From contig JAAOMT010000328.1 of assembly GCA_016748015.1 (NCBI GenBank), forward strand, positions 186,001-250,000: DNA of 64,000 bases, given 5' to 3'. The translations under genes and the position numbers were made by a program. Below are positions 49,130-64,000 of the stretch, one piece after another. The stretch's first letter is position 1, and each line of letters starts with the position of its first letter. Below the pieces are notes generated by a model. That model made no database searches, was not told the DNA's origin, and was given only the letters and a program-made list of their open reading frames with translations. Source of the DNA: Geosiphon pyriformis uo1 (taxonomy: Eukaryota > Fungi > Glomeromycota).

Positions 49130-50039
49130 TTATTATAACAGATATAAATAATTATTTATACTATAAAAGCAAAATAAAATTTAAAAATTTTATAAAAAAA
49201 ACCAATTTTATGTTAATAAATTTTTTTTTTGAATTTAATAAGTATAATCTAACCACTAATTAAAAATTAAGAACAAACTAAATGTTTTAGTATTAGATAT
49301 AGTTCACATGTTTTCTATATATAATCAGTTACTTGAGCCAATTCAGACTATACTATATTAAAACATTAAAAGAAAACTTACCCAAAGAAAACATTTTCTA
49401 AACAATTTCAAATAATATAGCACTATTATTAATTAATTCAATTAATAACTCAGTCATTTTAAAGACATCAGACTTAACAGTAGCAGATTTATGTTCTTAA
49501 AATAACATCAAATTAGAAAACATATTATTATTAAAAGAAAACAAACTTATATGAAAACCAGATATATCAATGTTATCATAATCATATTCAGCTTTCAAAA
49601 GAATTATCTAACATTCTAGCTTATTAACAGCTTTGCTAAAGGAATTCATATGCATCAAAATTTTATTGACTCTAAGACCAAGAGCACTACTAAAAACCAA
49701 ATTACTATTAACAATTGTTCAAATACTTTCACCATAGACCAACAGACTTAATAATAGAATTGACCAGAGCAAAAAACTTGGCTAATTCCAATTCTAAAAA
49801 GGTCAACCGAAAAGAGATCATAGAATTATCAGATATTATACCAGCAAAAAAAGCTAAACCAACAACAGAACCAGAAACCAAAGAAAACACAGAAACAACA
49901 GCTTTAGTATATGAAATATTGTTAACAACTCAAAAAGAAACACCTTAGAAATTTTAGAAGAGAGAGGTAAAGACATCTTACAATCCAAAGTTAGATAATT
50001 TAAATCTTAACATTGAAAACAGTGCTGATTTTCAGGAGT

Positions 50040-51497
50040 TTTCTATTAAATATAGTACTTTTTTAGTGTACTAGTCTTGAATACTATAGCATTCAAATCA
50101 ACCTAAAAACCAAATATAACCAGAACAAAATGAAAAAAATAACCAGATTCAAGAAAACAAAAAATAAAACATGTTTGATTATCAACTTGAAAAATCATAT
50201 TACTAATTTCAAAAGCTGTGTAATCAGAGGGAAAATTGATTAACTTGGTCTTAAACTTATTACAAAACAGAATAGTTTTATTCTAATTTACTAAGAGGAA
50301 GATCTTAATATTATCTTTGTTCACCAAAACTGACCAATAACTCAAAACAGATACAGCAGAGTCTAACTTTTTAAAATAAATAACCACATATTGTCAAATA
50401 CCAGTAGACTTTAATACAATATAAGCAACATTACTAAATATATTGAAAGCTATCTTAATATTAGTAGCAAATACACTCAAAGACACATCATGTAGCACAA
50501 CAACAGCAGAAAAAGAACCAAACTCAGAAACCACCAAAAACTTGGCAATTTTGAGAGTGGTTAAATAAACAGAACTTGTAAGCTCAACTAAAAATACAGT
50601 TTCTAAAAACACTTAAGAAACAATCTTCATAGAAAAGAGCTTCACATTGTCTTTTGATACTAACTTTGCATCCAAAAAACTATGTACAAACTGAAAAACA
50701 GCCTTAATATAAACCAATTTGATCTTAAAAGTAGCATCAAACACCAGAATAAAAACCACCCACCCAGCAAATTTTTAATAATTAGCAATAATTTTCTAAA
50801 CACCACCAGCAGCAGTACCAAAAATCAAAGGAAAAAATAATTCAGTTTCTATCTAATTAGTTCAGTTCTTAAGAACAAGTGATCTAATAGGAGATAATTG
50901 TTTTGCTTCTAAAATTAGCAAAAATTTACTAAAAAGCATCATATTTGACAATACAGCTAGTGGTTAATCTTGGCCCATCTTAGATAATATACTGAATAAA
51001 ACAGTAGAGATCTTATTTAAAATCCCAGTTAAAACCACAAAGAAGTTTAGTATAATAATAGCAAAAGCAAATAACTGTTCTTATTTTTTTGAACTTTTGG
51101 TCTTTTTGATCATTTTTTTAAAGAAAAAATGCTGGCAACACTTGATATTAAAGCTATAAAAAAGAAGACCAGCTTGTTAACTAGTTTGTTATTAAAAAAT
51201 TTTGGGCTTTTTAAAAGGATAAAAACAATACTAAGACTAATTTAAGTGTGTCTCTTTGAGGAAACTTTAACTGGTAAAAGACCAGCCAAAGATGGAAAAA
51301 TTGCTTCAGTAGCTACTAAAGACAGCTTTTTATGATTATTAAGTAAAGAAAAAACTTCTAAAATATTCTGTCTAGTTGCTTTTACAACAGAAAAAGCTTC
51401 TTTGGTTGAAATTTTATTAAGTATCTCCAAAAAAATATTAAGTACAGCTTTTTTACTCTTTGTTTTGGTTATGGTCATAAAATTAAGGAGACAAAAA
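50040..51497 (-). mobile_element. Heavily degraded 5' portion (ORF1) of a more distant LINE family
   Basis: 5' end AAAAACTTTTGTCTCC followed by ATG at 51478; RRM-like AVVVLHDVSLSV...IFSNVAYIVLKSTGI resembles the ORF1 RRM; boundaries approximate. Confidence 0.55.
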
Positions 51498-52518
51498 GTT
51501 TTTATTTTATTAATTATAAATTAAAGTAATAAATTAATAGATAACAAAAAAAAAGTTATTAAGAATAATAAAAATTAAAAACCAAATTGAATTTGTAAAA
51601 ATTTAATATGTATAATTAGTTTTAAAATTACAGTTATTTAATTTTTTTTAAAAAATTTTAAGATAAAAAAATAGTTTATAATTATTAACAAAATAATACT
51701 ATTGTTATTATTCTATGTTTTACTTACTAATTCTTAAAATTAAAAACAAATATTATTATATTTTTTAATTGTTTTTTATTTAATAAATTATAAGAGCAAA
51801 CAAATACTTTTTAATAATATTATAAAAAGTTATAATAATTAAAACAAAAATTACAAAAGATTTAACATTTTTAAAAAAACCAACAAGCTTAATTTTAATA
51901 ATAATATTCAAAAAACTTAAAATACAACTTGATATTAATATTATTTTTAATAACAAATTTAATACAACTTTGTTTTTTAATATTATAAAAATTTTAATAT
52001 TAATTTTGTTAAAAAAAAAAAAAATTGCTTTTTTGCTATTTTAGCTTTTTTAATTATTTAAGCAAAAAAAAGATAACAGTAAAAAATTATTAGTTTATAA
52101 TAATAACAATAACACTAAAATTATTTTTAATGTGCTGTTTTTAAAAAAAACTTTTAACCAAAAATAAAAAAGTTTTAATAAAATTTATAAAAAAAGTTTT
52201 TACAAAATGCTGTTTGGCTGTTTTTATAACTAAGAAAGCTTTTTAAATAATAATACTTTTCACAACTACAAAAGAAATAGTGGTTGCTTTTTTTACTTCT
52301 TGCTCTGGTTTTAGTTATAAAAAGAGGGTTTAATTGTTTTTGTTTAATTTAATTTTATATAAAAAATATTTCATTTATTATTTTTAATTAAAAAGATTGA
52401 GATCAAGTATTATCAGTTTGTGACCTCATCTTCACTACACAATTACGGAAAACGGGAACTATCGACAATAGAACACTATTGCCCAAGAACCTCACTTTTG
52501 TTTTCGTGAACGGAAAAC

Positions 52519-55500
52519 ATGTATGGGCATGCTCGATCCCCAACAAATGATAGCCCTCAAACTCGACCTAATCGGAACAACAGTGCTATAAGTGTGAACC
52601 GAACTGGCCTGGGAACACTTGGCAATGGGAACCGTAGACGCGGCCCATCGGCTGTTACTTCCAACAATGATTACATAACTATGAATTTGAGCGGAACAGG
52701 CAGCAACAATGGAAATAATTACAATCGCCTGGATAACAATCCAAACATCGGACGTCGAAGAAACGGCTTTAATGTTGGGAGTAAAAATACTTATTTTACC
52801 TTGAAGGTGTCTAACGTCCAACTTAACTCTAGTGCCGCGGAGTTAAAAGAGTTTTTCTCTGGCTATGGAAAAGTTTATTCTGTACGAATAGAAACGAAAG
52901 ATCTTGATGAAACTCCTACGGGAGTTGCAAATGTAACTTTCAAGTAGGTCTTGTGAATTTCCTTTCAAGAGTTGTATTTGGGTTTGTCTAGCAAATAGAA
53001 TCATAACTTGCTCTCCACATTATTTATTCAAATTAGACCGGCACCAGATACTCAATTATGGAATCAAGATATCAGGTTTCATGGACGAATTTTAAAATTA
53101 GAGCCATTACAGTCAAACCTTAACAATGATCGAATATGGCAAAGATCCAAAATAGATACCTTTCCCGCAGAAAAGTTTGAAATGGGTGTCTACTTAGAAC
53201 CGGATAATTTTGTTTCTGAGTGGAAATCTTCGTTAAATACAACTTTTTCATTGGATTACCAGGCGCGTAAAGTTCAAATTCAGTTTGGTATAGAAAAATC
53301 CACTTTCAAAATGGAGTGTCTATTCAAGGATATCGATGGTGAAATTTATCCGGAGCTTAATGTTGAAGAACAGTCTCGCGCTATTATTACCTTCACTTCA
53401 AAGTTCCCCGGGAAATTTTGGGAATTAGACGAAAAGATGCCTTCCCAAGATCGATACCGTTGGTCTCAAGAAAAGATGTGGAGAAGAAAAGTTGATCTTG
53501 GAGTTAGCGGTGCCGATCATTCTTTGAGAAGTCGTCCTCTCGAGCCGACTTTTCCCGATATTACTCAGTCAATAGGAAAATGGATTGTTTACAGGATCAC
53601 CTTCCTTTTCAACGATATAGCAGGTGGCATGGGGAGGTTTAAGGAAGTTTTAAAAAATGCCTCGGATTTTAATTTATTACCCCCTCCGGGGTATTTTCGG
53701 AAGGGCATTAGAGTTAGCCAACCGGGAAAAAATTATATAGAACGAAGGATGTTGGATTTTGATGTGTTATATATGGTTGAAAGCAATATAACTCACAACT
53801 ACCTTCATGACTATAATTTGACGCCCGAATTTTTTGAGCTTTTAGCGAGACAGCCAAAAGAAGTTGCCATTGAAATCATGAAGACGTTTGCAGCTCCCAA
53901 AAAACGTATTTTTGATCCTTCGGCTGAACTTCTTAAGCTGAACGGTAACATCAGGCCCGAAAATATCAAACCCCCCGAATATTGCGTGCTCATGAGGAAG
54001 GCTGTTATTACCCCAACTCATATGTATTTATTACTTCCTACGATGGAAACTTCAAATCGTATTATTCGCCACTTTCGTGATCATCGAGATCACTTTTTGC
54101 GAGTCCAGTTTACTGACGAAGGTTCGGAAACGATAAGCTCTTCCTTTGGAAAAAACAACGATTCTCTCTACAATCGTGTTTATCGCACCCTCTGTAAAGG
54201 GATTCGAATTGGCAATCGTCATTACGAATTTTTGGCTTTTTCCTCAAGTCAACTTCGTGAACACAGTTGCTGGTTCTTTGCATCAACTACCAGTTTGACT
54301 GCCGATGATATACGCGCCTGGATGGGAGACTTTACCCGTATAGATGTGGTTGCAAAATACGCCGCACGCATGGGTCAATGCTTCTCTAGCACTCGTGCGA
54401 TCGCCCATTTGCCGGTTAATGATATCGTTCTCATTCCCGATATTCGCAGGAATGGATATATATTTTCGGACGGCATAGGAAAGATTTCACCAAATTTGTC
54501 CAGACAGATTGCGGAAAAAATGAAGTTAAAAGCTACCCCATCTGCTGTACAATTCAGGTTGGGAGGCTATAAAGGAGTGCTATGCATGTCTCGTTATTTA
54601 CGCGAAAACCAGATTCAAGTCCGGCCAAGTCAAAATAAATTCGATTCATCTCATTGCATTCTTGAGATTATCAAGGGTTCTTGCTTTATATCCGCAAAGC
54701 TAAATCGTCAGGCAATCACCTTACTTTCTGCACTTAAGGTTCCAGATAATGTTTTTTTAGAAATGAAGGACGAACAAGTGCGGGATCTTGAAAAGATGTT
54801 GTCACATGATCATACAGCGATGAAGGTTCTTTTGCAAAACATTGATGAATATGGGATCTCGCGAATTTTGGCCGATCTTGTGAAAGCCGGCTTTCTCCAG
54901 CATAAAGATCCTTTCCTGGTTAATATGATGGCCCTTTTTCGGATCATGGTGCTTAAAGATTTAAAGAATAAAGCCAAAATCTCGGTGCCTAAAGGTGCTT
55001 TCTTGCTTGGTGTTCTTGACGAGACCGAGACACTGAAAGAAGAACAAGTATACATTTGCGTTTCCGACCAAAGCAATTCATCCACGAGACATGTGGTCAC
55101 AGGTCCATGCGTAATTTTTCGCAATCCGTGTTTTCACCCTGGTGACATCCGAATTGTCAATGCTGTTAAATGTCCCAAATTAGATCATCTAGTGGATGTT
55201 CTCGTCTTCCCTTCACTTGGTTATCGTGATATTCCGAATCAATGTAGTGGAGGTGATTTGGATGGGGATGATTACACGTATGTTTCAATATCAGAATGAT
55301 TCTTAGGAATCTTTATTAGCCTTATCATCTCATGACATAACTCTTTTTTATCAACTTTTATCACTTTCAAACCTCGTAGCATCATTTGGGATGAACGATT
55401 ATTCCCGAGGATTAAAAATTATCCACCCATGGAATATCATGCGCCAGACCCTTCTAAAGTCGACAATGTTACAATCGAACACATCCAAAAGTTCTTTATA

Positions 55501-56442
55501 AATTATATTTTAAACGACAACTTAGGTCAAATTGCTAATGCACATCTTGCCAAGGCCGATATGGCGGAAAATGGTGCCCTTCACGGAAGTTGCTTAAGGC
55601 TTGCACAGCTTCATTCTGAGGCCGTTGACTTCCCGAAGACCGGAAGACCTGCTCCATTCCCATATGATCTCAAGGCACATAAAGTTCCTGATTTTATGGA
55701 AAATCCCCATAAAGCCACTTATCCTTCACAAAAAGTTTTAGGGACCCTTTACAGATCGATACAGTTGAATGATTTCAATCCTTCCACTGATATTCATTTC
55801 AATGGAAGGGTCTTTGTTGAAGGATACGAATTTTACTTGGAAGACGCTCGTATTCAAAAAAAGCGATATGATTCATCCGTTCGAGGTTTAATGAACCAAT
55901 ATGGAGTTTCATCAGAGTACGAAGTGGTGAGCGGATTTCTTATAAACGCTATTAGCAAAATTGAAAGGAAAAAACCGCGTGAAATCTCTCGATCTATCAT
56001 GGATAGTATGACTGGTATTCGTAATCAATTTCGTGAAATATTTAAGCAAGAATTTATAGGTGAAGGAACAATGCATGTTTCACCTGAAGCTAAAGGTCGT
56101 ATGGAAGCCAAGGCTTTTGCCTGGTACTATGTCACATATCATCCAAGTGAATTAGGAGAGGATCCCGGTAAAAATATGCTTTCGTTCCCCTGGTGTGTTC
56201 ACGAATTGGTTTGCGAAATAGCTATAAAAAATTCGGGCAGAGTTCAAGCAAATGAGGAATTCCATGGATTCGATGGGCCAGTTGGACGTACTACATATCA
56301 ATTACCTCCACCCAGGACCAATGGTATCGAATTGAGTAGGCATCGACATCAGGAACCTAATAGGAATCAATTGCCAGACTCTTTGGAGGAGGAAGATGAC
56401 GACGGATTGGAGCAACTTCGCCGTTCTCTCAGGCGAGAATAA
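52519..56442 (+). CDS. Cellular RNA-dependent RNA polymerase (RNAi RdRP family) with N-terminal RRM; exons 52519-52943, 53037-55277, 55380-56442 (1242 aa)
   Basis: FLAFSSSQLR, ARMGQCFS, FSDGIG, QFRLGGYKG, RNPCFHPGD, catalytic SGGDLDGD, AVDFPKTG; GT-AG introns keep the frame. Confidence 0.96.
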
Positions 56443-57409
56443 GCCTTTGAAAAGTCAATCAATCAAATCTTGTGCTGCCCAGTTTTTCATAATCTCGCCC
56501 TTCTATCTCTCATATCACTATCGACATTTATTTTTCTGGCTGGGTTTGGATGAATGATTGATTGATTTTAGAAAGGGATTTGTATAAGTTGATAATCGAG
56601 TGATCGTTAGCCATCCGCTTCCATCATATCTTTTTACTTGCTATATATAGCACCTGAAGTTTTTACAGTATGTTTCTATACTAAACGCTTTTGATGTCCG
56701 CCTCTCCCACATCAACAAGCTTTTAATCACATTATAATTGAACTCCCTCTTTCATTCATTGAATTTGGGTTTTGAATTAACTTCTACCCTTAATACCCCT
56801 TGACTTATTTGAATTATTTCATATGGTATCAAGTTATATAATCATTGATATTTATTTCGAATTTATCTGCTTGGATAATACTATCACCTTTTATAATATA
56901 CTTTGGCTGTTATATCGATGTCTTTCGAATCGGTTCAATGGCGCAGTAGTTTAATGCGTTTACCTATTAATAGGAAAAAAGCTTTAATCTTTGTAAAAGT
57001 CTGTGAAATAAAATCTTTGCGGGTCTGAATAGTATGATCTGTATTTGCAAATATTGAAATTCTTTAAAGATTCTAATTGTGATGATCAAACGTAAGAGGA
57101 ATAAGTTGAAGTATTTTACAATCAAATTCTTGTTTTATGATCATTTTTATTTGAAGACGCGCCATCACCGAAACCTATGGATATTTCAATTTATAAAGAA
57201 ATAACTTTGCGCTTCAGCATTTTAGACAATTTAAATTTAGCTTTATTTGTTTATCAAATGGCTACTCAATTATTTTTGGTGGGATGTGCATGTGCGCACG
57301 TTCGTACATAAAAATGTAATACTGTAAAAGCGGTTATTACAAACTACACAACTCTTGTTGCAATACTCTCCACCTCGTTAAAACAAATATCTAATTCAAA
57401 GCCTGAGAA

Positions 57410-61926
<4,517 letters not shown>

Positions 61927-62534
61927 AAGGGGCAAATATAGAAATTGCACGAGTTTTCCCAATTTAGAGTTTGTATCGAATGCACATAATTCAAATTTAT
62001 ATTTATTTTAATAATCAGTGTATTTATTCGAACAATTTAGTTTTATTTATCACCATATTAGAAAAAAGTTTGCATTCATGATTTTTGTTCGTTTTCATTT
62101 AAAATTGCGTTTATCTCGATGAATTGTCCATCCAAATTGGCTATTAATGCATAATTATCAAAATACCGAGGCATAAATTTTTATGACTTGAATTGTTCGA
62201 TGAAATCCATTAGCTACTAATCATCTAGCACGTCAGCGCAGTTTGATTGAATTGACTAGATTTTTTCCAAGTAAACAAAAAGTATTTAGTATCACGTGCT
62301 GTGACCCTCCACTAACCAAAAGTCACCCGGGGTCTCGGGTCCTACAAAGGATCGTATCAAAATTGAATAAATAGCTTTTCTAATACAAACCTCAATGAGG
62401 AAACCTTATTTCTGCAAAACAAAACTAAGCGTTTTTTGGATTAAAAACGAGATTTTTTTGAAATCTCCAAGAGTCGATTTATTAATCCCTAACGCTCATG
62501 AGCAGTTGCACTAACCTTGTTACGTCTGTTGGGG

Positions 62535-64000
62535 TTAATGTATCCTGGTAAGTTCTTCCACGGTCTTGAACAGATCTTCTACCGGGTGTCCTGTTTCCAT
62601 GGCGATCTGTTCCATTTGTTTACGGCTGAGATCCAGATATGTTTCAATTAGATCTCCATCTAGATACTTGCGAGCTTCTTCAGTTCGACGCTCATTGCGA
62701 AAAGCTCGCCACCTTGACAAAATTTTAATATTATATTAGTGCTTTCATTTTCGGAGGGATCTGATCATATGGTGCTCTAATAAATTGTACCGTTCGTGAT
62801 TCAAATCCCCGATTCCTTCAATTAATCTCTGCAATGCATCCTGTAGTTTACGTAGAACCGAATGTTTCCTTTCGCTAACCGTGGCAATCACACCTATAGC
62901 ACCTGATACTGTGCAATAAAGTAATTCAGGATTTGCAGTTGGATCTGTCTCAGGAAGGTTCATTGCCAATGAACCTGTCAAATGAATTGGAAAAAATTAC
63001 GATCAGCAATTTTAGTTATAGATTCGAGCCCATAAATGCTTTGAAGTATTTTTTATTGTTTTTGAAAAATGTGAAAAGTTTACAAACCATGCCGAAACCG
63101 ATTGACCATATCTCCTATGTGAAATAGACCTATTTCATCTAATTTGCCTCTTTCATCTTCAGATGTCGCGTCAGAATTTTTACGGAGGGTGAAGAGATTG
63201 TAGGATGTATCGCAAGCAACAAAATGGTCATCATCAATGGCTTCCACTGCACTGATCCAATTAAGACTATGATCTTTCGCAATTTCTTCAATTTTTTGTT
63301 CCATAGGCTTGTACAGCAATAAGGTGATAGATCGCATAAGATCCCCCACAATTATGAAGTCACCTCGTGTAATAATACAATATATTAGCGTAAATCCACA
63401 ATAACTGCATATTGGAACAAGATCAAATGTTCCAGAGTCAGGCAATGAATTTAGTTTGTAAACAGTAATCTAAAAAAATATAAAAATTATGATTCACTGA
63501 ACTATTAACAAAAATATTCAAGAATTTTTTTGATACCTTTGCATTTATACTAGCCACCAAATATTGATTCAGAGGAGCCAATGAGTACACTGCCCCCATT
63601 ACTTGAGAAGCAGTGATCAAACGTAATTTACGTGTTTGTGTAGACTCCGTTTTTTCTACTAAAAAAATCAGAATTCGACCTTTACGACAGTCGTCTTGAT
63701 TTGGTATTGAAATAGCTGTCCCAACTGCAAAAAATTCTGCAGCATCTTCGGTCTCATGAAACCTAAGAGTTGTAAGACATTGGACAACCTCCCCGACTTC
63801 CATCATGTGCTGATCAAGCACTGAGAATTAGAATGTTGAATTAATCCTCAAATTACAAAAAAAATTAAATTGCCGCTGAGCTGAACTCACTGTCAAAAGT
63901 GTGGTCATCAAGGATCCTGAAAAAAGAATGCGTTTCTTCATTAATGAATGCTCGGACAGTTAAGACACCAAATGTTGAAGTGCTTTCTTGATAACATATG
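62535..64000 (-). CDS. DDB1: DNA damage-binding protein 1, C-terminal exons (gene continues beyond the window)
   Basis: KGRILIF, GAVYSL, GDFIIVGDLMRSITLL, GDMVNRFRHG, LDGDLIETYLDL, C-terminus VEELTRIH. Confidence 0.94.

Overview
Eukaryotic, intron-containing fungal DNA, most consistent with an early-diverging (Glomeromycotina-like) fungus; this taxonomy is an inference. Bases 1 to about 52.4 kb are a nested transposon graveyard and the last 11.6 kb holds three intact host genes. The TE block contains two near-full-length Ty3/Gypsy LTR retrotransposons of one family (4799-14430 +, 25810-35648 -) and a related solo or collapsed LTR. It also holds about eight copies or fragments of APE-RT-RNase H LINEs (two full length), a very degraded TIR element and extremely AT-rich spacers. 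All TEs are riddled with C>T/G>A transitions and stops. The Gypsy family has an unusual layout seen in both copies: AUG-less ~240-codon extension, Gag, protease, Cys-rich domain, dUTPase, RT, RNase H, STOP, integrase in a separate frame, then an extra 239-aa ORF running into the 3' LTR. After a sharp compositional boundary near 52.4 kb lie an RNAi RNA-dependent RNA polymerase, protein kinase C (PKC1) and the 3' part of DDB1. All alignments and counts were made by eye.
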